Made by a program: the position numbers and the translations under genes. A stretch of DNA of 62,091 nucleotides from the IMG/VR virus record IMGVR_UViG_3300031228_000005, positions 1 through 62,091 of that record; one strand, given 5' to 3'. This DNA is from a virus (taxonomy: Duplodnaviria > Caudoviricetes). Numbering within the stretch: position 1 is the first letter of the stretch; the number at the start of each line of letters is the position of its first letter. The notes beneath the pieces were generated by a model that saw nothing but the letters and a program-made list of their open reading frames with translations, did no database searches and was not told the DNA's origin. Shown piece by piece: positions 47,948 to 57,358 of this stretch.

Positions 47948-50146
47948 CTACTTTCCGTATCTCTCCATGATCCCGCCAGCCCCTTGAACGGGGAGGTCGG
48001 GTGCCCAGTCGGGCGGTACTGCCATGAGTCCTAGCGTGTCCGCGAGCACCTGATCGGCGTGCTTCTCGGGGACCTCCAATACTACCTCGTCGTGCACGTG
48101 CAGGACGATGCGTCCGGGCCAGCCAACGGCGGTCTTGACCTCGATCTTCATGATCAGATCGAACAGCACATCGCGGGCTACGGCCTGCGTCACGTTCTCC
48201 GTCAACTTGCCACCGTGGGTGTCAGTGCGGATGTGCCCGACACCCACGCCCTTGCCGATGAACGTGCGCCGGTCGACGTAGTCCGGGCGGTCGGCACTGC
48301 GGTGCGCCTGAGCGAAGCGGTACCAGATCGAGCGTCCGCTGGGGAGCACGAGTCTGTTGTGCTTGCCGTCGCGCACCATGGCGAGCATCTGGTTGTTCCC
48401 GAACCGCGCACCGTTGCCCGTGGTGGCCGCGATGTCCCACGCCTTGGCGCACAGTTTCCAGAAACGTACCGTCATCGGGGACGCCTCGCGGTACAGGTCA
48501 CGGAGCCTGAGCAGTTCGTCGTAGTCGTGCGCCTCCCGGTTCCATTCCCAGAACTTCCCCGGCATCCCAAGCGCCTTCCACTCGGCGTTCAGTTCCTTGT
48601 AGTTGCCGCAGTCGATACCAGCGTCCTCCGCACCCATGGTGACCAGTGCACCCGCACCACCGTTGTAGCCGAGTGCGAGGTTCGAGACCTTGCCTCGGGC
48701 TCGCAACTCGCAGGGTAGACAGCCGGGCTTGCCGCACTTGCCGCAGCGTTTCAGATCCTCGATCAACGTGGCCTTGTCGACACCGAACATCGTGGACGCG
48801 GTGGCCTCGTATATCTTGCCCTGCCCCTTGGTGAACTCGTCCAGCACCCACTGCTCGCCACACAGCCCGGCCAGCACGCGAGCCTCGATGGCGTTGTAGT
48901 CGGGGACCACGAACACATGACCCTTGGCCGGGACGATGGCTGCACGGACGGTGCCCTTGGCTGCCTCGGCCACGCTCACCCCGTTCAGGGCGGCGATGGT
49001 GCCCAGCAGGAGTGCCTTGCGGTGCGCGGGCGGGGCCTCATACCGGGGGAGGTTCTGCGGCTGGAAGCCACGACCGGCCTCACGCCCTGTGTGAGCCCCG
49101 TAGAAGCGCAGCGAGCCACGGATGCGACCGTCAGCACACCGGGTGTCCAGCATCGCCTTGTGCTTGGTCACGGAGGTCATGGCGGTCATGCCCTTGAGGA
49201 CGAGGGCTTGTGCCACCTCCTCGGGGATGAACGGATCGTCCATCGCGTCGGCTCGATGGGCCTTGTCGAGCGACACCATCGGGTAGCCCTGCGCATCGAG
49301 CCAGCCCTTGAACTGGGGACCGGAATTCGGGTTGTCCAGCCCGGTCATGACCTTGAGTTCGCCCATGACACGGTCGGCCTCGATCTTGACCTGTCGGACG
49401 GCTTGGGTACTGAGCCCCTTGAAGTGCCGCACGCCTCGGTCGTTGATCCGTTGGTCGGCCTCGTACTCAGCCTGTATGTCAGCGGGGATGTCGGCTAGTG
49501 CACCAGCCACCACGGCCTCGGTGAGCACGTCGCGCTCGCAGTAGGTCTCGTACTTCTTGAAGTCAGTCGCGTGATCGGCGCCGCACCCACAGCCGGTGAC
49601 CGTGTGGAACTGCCCGAAGATCGGGGACTTCTTGTTCTTCTCGGGGACGGAGAACAACTTGATGAGCCGCTTGCCCTCTGGGTCCTTGGCGATGGGGGAT
49701 CGTACGGCTCGGGCCACCTCATCGAGGGTGCCGAACACACCGTTGACGTTGGCCTTGACCGCCGAGCAGTGCCAGTTCTCCGGATCGATGAACTCACCGT
49801 TCGGCATACCGAGCCACTTGCTCAGGGTCACGCGCTCGAAGTTCGCGTTGAATGCGTGTTTCTGGAAACGGGGATCTTGGATCACCCGCTTGAACTCATC
49901 GACCTTGGCTCGGTCATGCCAGATGCCATCGGGGTCGTGCATCCCCGGAGGCGGGAGATCGAGCCGACGCACAGCACCCAACTTGGTTGCCCCACCGGGG
50001 TAACGCCAGATGGGGGAGTACGCGACGATGAGCACCTCGAAGTCAGGGTCCTCAGCGTAGCGATAGGAGCCGTACTTGATGTCGGTGCTGGACTTGGTCT
50101 CGATGTCGATGCGGAATCCTGCGAACTTCTTAGCCTGCGTGCTCAT
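47948..50146 (-). CDS. polA: DNA polymerase, family A
   Basis: DIET exonuclease, motif A DYNAIEARV, motif B KVSNLALGY, motif C VHDE. Confidence 0.93.
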   Translation of the reverse strand: MSTQAKKFAGFRIDIETKSSTDIKYGSYRYAEDPDFEVLIVAYSPIWRYPGGATKLGAVRRLDLPPPGMHDPDGIWHDRAKVDEFKRVIQDPRFQKHAFNANFERVTLSKWLGMPNGEFIDPENWHCSAVKANVNGVFGTLDEVARAVRSPIAKDPEGKRLIKLFSVPEKNKKSPIFGQFHTVTGCGCGADHATDFKKYETYCERDVLTEAVVAGALADIPADIQAEYEADQRINDRGVRHFKGLSTQAVRQVKIEADRVMGELKVMTGLDNPNSGPQFKGWLDAQGYPMVSLDKAHRADAMDDPFIPEEVAQALVLKGMTAMTSVTKHKAMLDTRCADGRIRGSLRFYGAHTGREAGRGFQPQNLPRYEAPPAHRKALLLGTIAALNGVSVAEAAKGTVRAAIVPAKGHVFVVPDYNAIEARVLAGLCGEQWVLDEFTKGQGKIYEATASTMFGVDKATLIEDLKRCGKCGKPGCLPCELRARGKVSNLALGYNGGAGALVTMGAEDAGIDCGNYKELNAEWKALGMPGKFWEWNREAHDYDELLRLRDLYREASPMTVRFWKLCAKAWDIAATTGNGARFGNNQMLAMVRDGKHNRLVLPSGRSIWYRFAQAHRSADRPDYVDRRTFIGKGVGVGHIRTDTHGGKLTENVTQAVARDVLFDLIMKIEVKTAVGWPGRIVLHVHDEVVLEVPEKHADQVLADTLGLMAVPPDWAPDLPVQGAGGIMERYGK

Positions 50147-50516
50147 GTCTCACCTCCTCTATCCATCGTCTGATCGTCAGGTTGTCCGTGAACCACTCAC
50201 CGATCACGTGGAACTCGGCGAAGCGGGCGTGCGTCTCGTGCTCTAGGAAGCCGCCGCCGATGAGCAGTGCGTGCTTGTGCAAGGGTGCGTGCCAGTCCAT
50301 CCCCCTTGGGTAGAGGATGTGCTTGCTCCATGCGGGCCGGGCCAGTTCATTGACGCGGCGACGCAGGTTGTCCGTCGTGCCTATCTTGACCCAGACCTGA
50401 CGCTGCACCACGTACATGTGGGAGTGCACGACAGACAGAGCACCTCCGCACACCTCGCACCGACGCCGGACCATCAGGTGGTCGACATCGAACAGAGTCG
50501 GGCCGGGGTCTCTCAT
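50130..50516 (-). CDS. GIY-YIG / T5orf172-like protein
   Basis: YVV...VKIGTT.NLRRR...LE...H.RF...GEWF. Confidence 0.75.
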   Translation of the reverse strand: MRDPGPTLFDVDHLMVRRRCEVCGGALSVVHSHMYVVQRQVWVKIGTTDNLRRRVNELARPAWSKHILYPRGMDWHAPLHKHALLIGGGFLEHETHARFAEFHVIGEWFTDNLTIRRWIEEVRHEHAG

Positions 50517-50809
50517 TCGTCAGGCAGGTTGTCGTGTCGGTCGAGGAGGTCAGCGCCGACGTGCTCGTAGAGGAACTTGCACTCCTCGCACACGGGCAGG
50601 CCGGTCGCCTGCTTGTTTGGCACCCACGTGTAGCCGCACAGGGCAGTGACGGGGAAGCCCTCGACGCGGGCACGCATGACATACGCCTGCGGGGTCTGGT
50701 CAGGCTCACCGGGAGGGACCATGACGATGTGCGCCTGCTCGGACTTGGCAGTCTCGTTCAACTCGAACGACTGCTGGTCGATGTCGACCCAGTCCTTGAC
50801 GATGGTCAT
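50513..50809 (-). CDS. DUF3039-like protein
   Basis: H.V...V.G.PV.ALCG..WVP...PVCEECK. Confidence 0.7.
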   Translation of the reverse strand: MTIVKDWVDIDQQSFELNETAKSEQAHIVMVPPGEPDQTPQAYVMRARVEGFPVTALCGYTWVPNKQATGLPVCEECKFLYEHVGADLLDRHDNLPDE

Positions 50810-51026
50810 GCGCTTCTCCTATCGGTAGTTTCTGGAAACGGTGTTGGATGGGCGGGACTGCGGGAGCAGGTACATCGCGGTTCTCGTCTAAGGCAGGTCG
50901 TGGGCCACCTTGGTGTACGCCGCTATGGATGTCCTTCACCACGAGGTAGTCATGACGCGCCCACATTCGCATGGCGTTGACTCCCGCAGTCCAAGTCTCT
51001 TGAGTTGTGAAGCCGGTGTTGTGGCA

Positions 51027-51063
51027 CCCGGCCCCTGTCCAAGGGAGGAGGACAGGGGCCGGG
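51027..51063 (-). terminator. Hairpin terminator after SSB
   Basis: Perfect 14-bp stem CCCGGCCCCTGTCC / GGACAGGGGCCGGG. Confidence 0.75.
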
Positions 51064-51083
51064 GCTCAGGGTGAGTCTAGACC

Positions 51084-51857
51084 TCAGATGTCATCGAGGT
51101 CGTCGTACAGGTCTTCCTCGTCCTCCTCGATCTCGACCTCCTCGACGGGGGCGGGCTTCTTCGCCGCCGCCTTCTTGGCCGGGGCCTTCTTGGCAGCCGC
51201 CTTCTTGGCCGGGGCCTTCTTGGCGGGGGCCTCCTCGACCTCCTCCTCCTCGATCTCGTCCTCGAAGCCGTCCTCGTCCAGCCCGAGGTCTTCGTCCTCG
51301 TCCAGCATGTCGAACATGGACTCGACGGACGGAGCGGCGTTGCCGAACGACTCGCCATCCGCGATCTTCTGGACGCCGTTGAGACCGACGCCGATCCCGT
51401 GGTTGCCCTGCTGGCTGTACGGGTAGAAGGTCACGGCGATCTTGGCCTTGCACCCGCCGTAGACCACGTCGGCGTCCGAGATGGGGTTGCGCAGACGGTC
51501 GTAGACGCCGACCGGCTTCTGGCTCCGAGCGTTGATGAAGTAGCAGCCGAGGCGCTCGGGGTACTTCTCGCCCTTGGTCGAGCCGTCCTCGGTGAGGTCA
51601 CCGGCCTCCTTGTCGCCGTCGCGGAGCGGCGTGCGGACCTTCTTCCAGTTGTCGCCCCACTTGGCCTCACCCACCTCCTTGATGGCCCGGAGGATGGCGC
51701 GGATGTCCTCGCGCTGGGTCTTGGGGATGATGAACTGGACTTCGTACGAGTCCGAGCCGTCGTCCTTCTTGGCGACCGTGGACTTGAACAGGTGGGGGAA
51801 CGAGATGGTGCCGATCCCGGTGGTCAGATCCTTGGTGACGCGGGCCTTGTCAGTCAT
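51084..51857 (-). CDS. ssDNA-binding protein (DUF2815-like) with acidic tail and PAKKA insert
   Basis: SFPHLF, PLRDGD, FINARS, VYGGC, GLNGVQK..DGE. Confidence 0.85.
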   Translation of the reverse strand: MTDKARVTKDLTTGIGTISFPHLFKSTVAKKDDGSDSYEVQFIIPKTQREDIRAILRAIKEVGEAKWGDNWKKVRTPLRDGDKEAGDLTEDGSTKGEKYPERLGCYFINARSQKPVGVYDRLRNPISDADVVYGGCKAKIAVTFYPYSQQGNHGIGVGLNGVQKIADGESFGNAAPSVESMFDMLDEDEDLGLDEDGFEDEIEEEEVEEAPAKKAPAKKAAAKKAPAKKAAAKKPAPVEEVEIEEDEEDLYDDLDDI

Positions 51858-51981
51858 GTGCTGGTCCTGCTTTCTTGTGAGGTTTCACGAGGTGTCCCGG
51901 TTGGGACGGTTGAGGGTTCAATGCGTGCCCAGTTGGGCGTTTCCAGAAACCTATCCGCTATATGACTGGCTTCCGGGGTCC

Positions 51982-51991
51982 AGTGTAACAC
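51982..51991 (-). promoter_or_regulatory. Extended -10 promoter for SSB
   Basis: GTGTTACACT on - strand. Confidence 0.6.
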
Positions 51992-51992
51992 A

Positions 51993-52229
51993 CTATGCGA
52001 ATGGATCATGGTGCATCCCAGCCTGCTCGATCAGGAATGCCTTGAGAGTGGGGCGTGGGTTGGCTAGTGCATACTCCTCCATCTCTGTCTGGTATCCGAG
52101 GGCGACAGCCTCGCGGTCGTTGAGCCATACCGTCTCCGCTGCGAACAACAGGTCGCAGATGTGCTCGCGCCACCAGTTGTAGCCGATGCGTCTGCCCCGC
52201 TTGTCGCGTCGTACCGGACGGTCAGGCAT
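51993..52229 (-). CDS. Hypothetical protein
   Basis: GGAGGAG RBS before MPDRPVRR. Confidence 0.6.
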   Translation of the reverse strand: MPDRPVRRDKRGRRIGYNWWREHICDLLFAAETVWLNDREAVALGYQTEMEEYALANPRPTLKAFLIEQAGMHHDPFA

Positions 52230-52710
52230 CGAACTCCTCCAACATGGCGTCAATGTCGGCACCGGCTGTGGGCTGCCATCCTACGGAGGGGCTCAGTGAG
52301 TGAGCACGCTTCGGTGCTACGGCTAGCACCGGCTCAGGCTCGGGCTCAGTCTCCTGAACTACCCACTTGGTCTGCCTTCGCCAGTTGCCCCACGTGGATG
52401 TATCCATGATGTCAAGCGGCTTGGGTTCAGGTGGCGGGGGTGGTTGGTATACATGTCGTGGCGGCTTGGGCTTGCGTCGCTTGCGCTTCTTGGGCTTGGG
52501 TGGTGCTACGACAGCCACCACCTCCACGTCATACTGGTCGTAGCCCTTGCCCCGGTAGACGTACGGCTTGAAACGTGAGTGGTCATCCAGCGTGGCCGCT
52601 GCCAGAGCCATACCGCCCACCGAGCCCCGGTGGACCGGCATGTCGAGGAGAGCGTGAGCACTCCGTGGGGCGAGGGGTGGGAACTTCGGTTCTGGGGCTA
52701 GTCGCCTCAC
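52222..52710 (-). CDS. Hypothetical basic/Pro-rich protein
   Basis: RBS AAGGAGA; KPKKRKRRKPKP. Confidence 0.6.
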   Translation of the reverse strand: MRRLAPEPKFPPLAPRSAHALLDMPVHRGSVGGMALAAATLDDHSRFKPYVYRGKGYDQYDVEVVAVVAPPKPKKRKRRKPKPPRHVYQPPPPPEPKPLDIMDTSTWGNWRRQTKWVVQETEPEPEPVLAVAPKRAHSLSPSVGWQPTAGADIDAMLEEFDA

Positions 52711-52738
52711 GGTTTCTCCTTCCTGTCGGTTGCTCCTG

Positions 52739-53299
52739 TCAGTCGTCCAGATCGAACTCGGAGAGTAGGTCGTCCCACTCGTCCTCGGGTACGGCGGGGG
52801 TTCCCCGCTCGAACTGCTCCTCGGGTGTGAGCCCCAACCGAGGGGGCAGTATCACCTCAGCGGTGCACTCCTCGCAGAGCGTGGCACTGTCGTCGGCATC
52901 CAGTTCAAGACCACAGCCCTCGCAATCGTGGAGCCCCGACACTTCCTCCTCGGGCTCAGCCTCCTGTTTCTGGAAACCCCGAGCCGGTGTGCCGCACTCC
53001 TCACCCGTGGCCCAGCCCTTCTCGTCCACGTGGGTGTAGTGCAGGTCGCCGTCCACATCGAACGGCCATGCCAGACACTCCACGATGGGACGGCCACAGC
53101 CACCACACTCGAACTCCTCGCCGTAGTGGCAGGCACACGGGCAGGGGGTGAACACCTTCTTGGGGTTGGCTCTGCTGCCTCCCCCGTTGCGGGCACACCT
53201 GTCGTGGCTGGACTGCGGATCGCTGGTCACCGGGAACGAACAGTGCCCCGATGGGATGAGCGCGCCGATGGGCTCGGCTACTACCTGTGTCTCAGTCAT
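52739..53299 (-). CDS. Cys-rich zinc-binding protein
   Basis: CPCACH, CGGC, CEGC...CEEC. Confidence 0.7.
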   Translation of the reverse strand: MTETQVVAEPIGALIPSGHCSFPVTSDPQSSHDRCARNGGGSRANPKKVFTPCPCACHYGEEFECGGCGRPIVECLAWPFDVDGDLHYTHVDEKGWATGEECGTPARGFQKQEAEPEEEVSGLHDCEGCGLELDADDSATLCEECTAEVILPPRLGLTPEEQFERGTPAVPEDEWDDLLSEFDLDD

Positions 53300-53562
53300 G
53301 GTCGGTATGTCCTCTCCATGAAGTGCGAGTAGTCCTTGAACAGCACATCGGTGCCCCTTGGGCTGCGAGTGATGTTGGACAGGATCACCTTGGCCACGAC
53401 CACCCCGTCATCGTTCACGAGGTCCAGCGAGGCCCCCGGCTTGGCAATCAACCGGGCGTGGTTGGGTGTGGTCGGCGCTGCCCTCCCGAACCGGAGGATC
53501 ATCGCTATGACGATCGTGGCGGGGATCACCACGCACACGACCGCGATCACTAGGTACGTCAT
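53296..53562 (-). CDS. Small membrane protein
   Basis: N-terminal TM; coupled ends. Confidence 0.65.
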   Translation of the reverse strand: MTYLVIAVVCVVIPATIVIAMILRFGRAAPTTPNHARLIAKPGASLDLVNDDGVVVAKVILSNITRSPRGTDVLFKDYSHFMERTYRP

Positions 53563-53828
53563 GACTGGGGCTCCCGCTTCAACTCGTTGCGACGCCTGAG
53601 GTTGGCCTTGTTCGCGTCGCCTGCCCCATAGGTCTCCTCCTCCTCGTGGGTCATGACGAACAACGCCAGTCTCAACCGACGGGCCTCGTCATCCAGAGCC
53701 GTCACCTTGAGTTGCTTGCGGCGGTACTGCTGTTCGTAGTCACGCGCGTCAGCCTCGGCGTCGTTCTGCCTGCGCAGCACGACGTCCAGTTCTTCCTCCA
53801 TGCGCTCGGTCAGGTTCTTCTCGCTCAT
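53559..53828 (-). CDS. Coiled-coil hypothetical protein
   Basis: MSEKNLTERM; ATGA coupling. Confidence 0.65.
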   Translation of the reverse strand: MSEKNLTERMEEELDVVLRRQNDAEADARDYEQQYRRKQLKVTALDDEARRLRLALFVMTHEEEETYGAGDANKANLRRRNELKREPQS

Positions 53829-55855
53829 GCTTCCTCCTCGATGTCGAACATGGCCTCGGGCGGCTTGCCCTCCCAAGTCTTGCGGCGGTCACCCTCGGGT
53901 GCGATGACCGGGACCTTGTCGGGCTTGATGACCAGCGACTCGATCTGCGGGTAGACCTCCTTGCCCAGCACCTTCTCTGCCACGGTGGGACTGACCAGCG
54001 TGGGGTTGGTCCACAACTGGGTTAGCGTCTCGTCAGGCAGGGCAACACGCCCCTCCTCCACGGTGAGGGCGGGATCGAGTCGGTTGATGGCGTCACCCTT
54101 CCACGTACGACGCGGGGTGTAGTTGACCAACTGGTAGCCGGGCACGGACCCGCCCCGGTGCAGTCGGCGCTGCGCCTCGGCCTTGAGGTCCTTGTAGATG
54201 CTGTGCAGACCAGCGACCATGGTGAGCAGTTCGCCCAACTTGTCGTCCGGCAGTAGCGTGGTTTCTGGAAACGCACCCGGACCATCGGTGAACTCGGCGT
54301 CCACGATGGTGTCGAACAGACCCGCCGCCGACTCCACCCGCTGCTCAGTCAGTGCAGGGCACGAGCCACGAGCCGGGCACCACTGGCAGGCCAACTCACT
54401 CGGCTCGAAGGTGGCCCCCTCGTGTTGCCCGTACAGAGCCTTGGTCAGGGCCGGGGCCAGCACCTCGTCCCGCCACGTGAGCAGGTCGTCGATGGTCTCG
54501 GTCCACGTCTTGATGCCACCGAGCCGGGGCTGGATGATGTGGTAGACCACGTCCTCCACCCACATTGGAAGTTCGCCGGTCTCCTCGTCAGCCAGCAGTT
54601 CCAGCATGGCGAGCGCGTAGAGGCGGATCTGTGGGTTCTCATCCACGTCCACATCCTTGCCCTCGCCGTACTTGAGGTCGCCCACCACGAGCGACTTGGT
54701 CTCGGGGGTGCCGCCCTTGACGGGCAGACCCACGAAGTCAGCCGATCCACGCACGACGTAGACCTCACCCTCGTGCATGTCGGTGAGCGGGATGCCCGCC
54801 TCGCCACGTGACTCGATCAGGATGTGATCGTTGCCCCGCTCCTGTGCGTAGGACTTCACGAGGTCGACGTACTCCGCGACGTACTCTGCCATCTCGTCGT
54901 CGTACGCCTCACCCTCATCCTCGGGCAGGACGGACAACTCCATGAGCGTGTACTCGACCTCCTCGGCTGAGACACGACCTAGCACCATGTTCGCCTCGAC
55001 CTCGCCCACCGCGTGAGCCGTGGTCCCTTGCCGCGCAGCCGTGGTGCCGGATGCGAACGCCCGCTGCTGGTTGGGCGAGAGGGTTTCCAGAAACTCCCGG
55101 CTCAGGCTCAGGCTCATGGTGCAGTTCATCCAGCGCTCGGCACCGGACGGGCCAGCACCAGCGTGGTTGTCAAAGACGTAGTCCTTGACACCGGGGATAC
55201 CGAGGAACAGCGGAGGCGGGGTGGCTTCCTCACGGGCAGCCGCCATCTCCGCGAACATCTGCTCGGGGTCGAGCACGTCGCTGTCCACACCGGCATCATG
55301 CAACACCTCCTCGACCACGGCAACGGGAGCGCCATCGAGTTCGGTCAGCAGTCGCTCGATCTCGTCCGGGTGGTCAGCCTCGAAGCCTGCGTCCTCCCGC
55401 TCGTCGTACCCCTGCGGGACGAACGAGTGCGGCGGGTCAACCCTGTCGTGGGCCGACTCCTCGGTTCCGCACTTGCACGCGGGGTCGTCGTAGACCACAC
55501 CGTCAGGCAGTTCCTCCTCATCGAGGATGTCAAACATGGACTCACCCATCGGCTCGAAGGGGTTGGCGTAGTCCTCCTCGTCGGCCATGATGTCGAGGTC
55601 GTTGCGAACTTCAGGCTCCGCCTCGATGCGCTCGGTGTCGTCAGCGTCGTCGGGCTCGGGGCGCTCCTCTGCCTCACGAGCCAGCCGCTCCTCGCACACC
55701 ATGTCGATGAGGTCGGGCCACGAGACCTGAGCCCATGCCTCGGGGTCGGACTCGTAGCCGTGCGTGTTCACGAGTTCCTTGATCAGGTTCTTCTTGCTCA
55801 TGCCACCGGGCGCGGTGGGGTGAGCGTCGGGGTAAGCCGGATTCTGGCTGGTCAT
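53825..55855 (-). CDS. Cas4-like PD-(D/E)XK exonuclease (DUF2800-like) with long acidic N-terminal extension
   Basis: GPSGAERWMNC, GTTAH, GSAD, DLKYG, QIRLYA, CQWCPARGSC. Confidence 0.85.
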   Translation of the reverse strand: MTSQNPAYPDAHPTAPGGMSKKNLIKELVNTHGYESDPEAWAQVSWPDLIDMVCEERLAREAEERPEPDDADDTERIEAEPEVRNDLDIMADEEDYANPFEPMGESMFDILDEEELPDGVVYDDPACKCGTEESAHDRVDPPHSFVPQGYDEREDAGFEADHPDEIERLLTELDGAPVAVVEEVLHDAGVDSDVLDPEQMFAEMAAAREEATPPPLFLGIPGVKDYVFDNHAGAGPSGAERWMNCTMSLSLSREFLETLSPNQQRAFASGTTAARQGTTAHAVGEVEANMVLGRVSAEEVEYTLMELSVLPEDEGEAYDDEMAEYVAEYVDLVKSYAQERGNDHILIESRGEAGIPLTDMHEGEVYVVRGSADFVGLPVKGGTPETKSLVVGDLKYGEGKDVDVDENPQIRLYALAMLELLADEETGELPMWVEDVVYHIIQPRLGGIKTWTETIDDLLTWRDEVLAPALTKALYGQHEGATFEPSELACQWCPARGSCPALTEQRVESAAGLFDTIVDAEFTDGPGAFPETTLLPDDKLGELLTMVAGLHSIYKDLKAEAQRRLHRGGSVPGYQLVNYTPRRTWKGDAINRLDPALTVEEGRVALPDETLTQLWTNPTLVSPTVAEKVLGKEVYPQIESLVIKPDKVPVIAPEGDRRKTWEGKPPEAMFDIEEEA

Positions 55856-55901
55856 GTTGGACCTGTCCTGTCTGTGTTGGAACGGAAGCGTCACACCTCA
55901 T

Positions 55902-55911
55902 AGTGTAACAC
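55902..55911 (-). promoter_or_regulatory. Extended -10 promoter for nuclease operon
   Basis: GTGTTACACT on - strand. Confidence 0.6.
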
Positions 55912-55919
55912 GGTATGTG

Positions 55920-56309
55920 CTAGTCGTCCTGCCCGTTCAGGTTGTGCCCGACACACGGGCCGAACCCTTGAGCCACACTGGCAGCACAGGCCAGCATGAC
56001 CATGAACCCCTCGACATCGGCAGTGAACCCCCCGCATCCGCCAGCCGCCAGCACACGCCCGACGAACAGCCGCTGCTTGACGGTCGGCCCCTTGAGCAGG
56101 GCCTTCTCGACGGACTTGCCGTAGGTCTCGGGTGCCTTCACCTCGTTAGCGATGAACACACCATCGAGCACGCACAGCAGGTCGGACACACCGGCCTCCC
56201 CGAACTGCGAGCCGTGGTACTTCACGGTCACGAGCCGGTCGCCGTACTTGTCACGGCCAGCGTCGCGCTGCTTCTTGATCAGTTTGGTCTCGGGTCCTTC
56301 GCGTCCCAC
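55920..56309 (-). CDS. VRR-NUC / Holliday junction resolvase-like nuclease
   Basis: ET, K.HGS..AGVSDL, NEVK, Q..F. Confidence 0.8.
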   Translation of the reverse strand: MGREGPETKLIKKQRDAGRDKYGDRLVTVKYHGSQFGEAGVSDLLCVLDGVFIANEVKAPETYGKSVEKALLKGPTVKQRLFVGRVLAAGGCGGFTADVEGFMVMLACAASVAQGFGPCVGHNLNGQDD

Positions 56310-56494
56310 TACAGATCATCCTCCTCGAAGCATTCAGGGAGAGGCTTGTCCTGCTCCCACTTGGGTCCGGTCTTCCTTCCGGGGTTTCCAGAAACGGTGC
56401 TACGCCTAGCACGGCGTACAGCCCAGCCGATGATCAGGAAGATCACAGCCCATTCGATCAGACCGATGACCACCGGGCCGGTGAGCCCCTCCAT
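56309..56494 (-). CDS. Small membrane protein
   Basis: TM helix after MEGLTG. Confidence 0.55.
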   Translation of the reverse strand: MEGLTGPVVIGLIEWAVIFLIIGWAVRRARRSTVSGNPGRKTGPKWEQDKPLPECFEEDDL

Positions 56495-56495
56495 G

Positions 56496-56894
56496 TCACT
56501 CGTGCCACGGGCCGAAGTGACCAGACAGGACCATGTTGATTGCGACCGCCGTCTCGGAGTAGGTCTCCACGTTGACACCACGGGTGTACTCGTAGAAGGT
56601 CTCCGGGTCGCAGAGCGTCATGCTGATCGGCTCCCAGATGGCACCGTCCGACAGCACCACCCAAGCATGCCCGATAGCCACGGGCTCCGGTCCCTGCCAC
56701 ATGCCGTGGACCAGAGTGACCGGGGTCGGGAGACCCAGATACTCGATCTGCTCAGCCTTGTCCGGCCAGTCGGTGAATGCCCAAGCCGCGAGTTCGTAGC
56801 AGTGGGTCAGTCGTTCCCTGAGTACCGGCTTGTCGTCGGCCCCTGCATAGTCGAAGACGCACCGAGCACCCATCGAGAGCAGTACGTCGTTCAT
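56496..56894 (-). CDS. Hypothetical protein
   Basis: CYE...LVHG...GHAWV motif. Confidence 0.65.
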   Translation of the reverse strand: MNDVLLSMGARCVFDYAGADDKPVLRERLTHCYELAAWAFTDWPDKAEQIEYLGLPTPVTLVHGMWQGPEPVAIGHAWVVLSDGAIWEPISMTLCDPETFYEYTRGVNVETYSETAVAINMVLSGHFGPWHE

Positions 56895-57358
56895 CACAGC
56901 ACCCACTCCGCGAGGGAGAACGAGATGATTGCCACGATCAGCGCCACGAAGGCGAGACCACAGCACCACAGTGCTACTACCTCCCAGTCGACGCGCTGCC
57001 AGATCGTCGGCTTGGGCAGTCCGCCGTATCCCCGTCGAATCTCTCGCCGCTTGAGTGTGATCTTGAGACGGCGCGGCACCCAGCGCCACCACCACGGGCG
57101 AGGCTTGAACCGGGCCCCACCCGTGAGCAAGGCGAGCAGGTTGGGGTCGACATCAGACAGGCACATGTCCAGTGTGTACGTGTTCCTGATTCTGTCCCAC
57201 CCCTCGATGACTAGATCCTCGTCAGGGTCCGGGTGGATGTTCAGCGACACGGCGGTGCTGTCGAGCGTCAGCCCTTCCCCGATGGGGTTGCCCTGCTCAT
57301 CGAGTCGCCACACGGTGATCCCGTTTCCAGAAACCGTGATCTTCGGTTCGTCAGTCAT
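56894..57358 (-). CDS. Tail-tube-protein-like fragment fused to C-terminal TM helix
   Basis: ITVWRLDEQGNP and YTLDMCLSDVDPNLLALLTG match the major tail IRVTRLDSCGDP and YTADIALCGVDPGLISLLTG. Confidence 0.65.
   Translation of the reverse strand: MTDEPKITVSGNGITVWRLDEQGNPIGEGLTLDSTAVSLNIHPDPDEDLVIEGWDRIRNTYTLDMCLSDVDPNLLALLTGGARFKPRPWWWRWVPRRLKITLKRREIRRGYGGLPKPTIWQRVDWEVVALWCCGLAFVALIVAIISFSLAEWVL

Noticed and set aside
53825-55855. CRISPR-Cas system from the Cas4-like gene
   Set aside because: Stand-alone phage nuclease in the usual SSB/PolA context; no cas1 or array.
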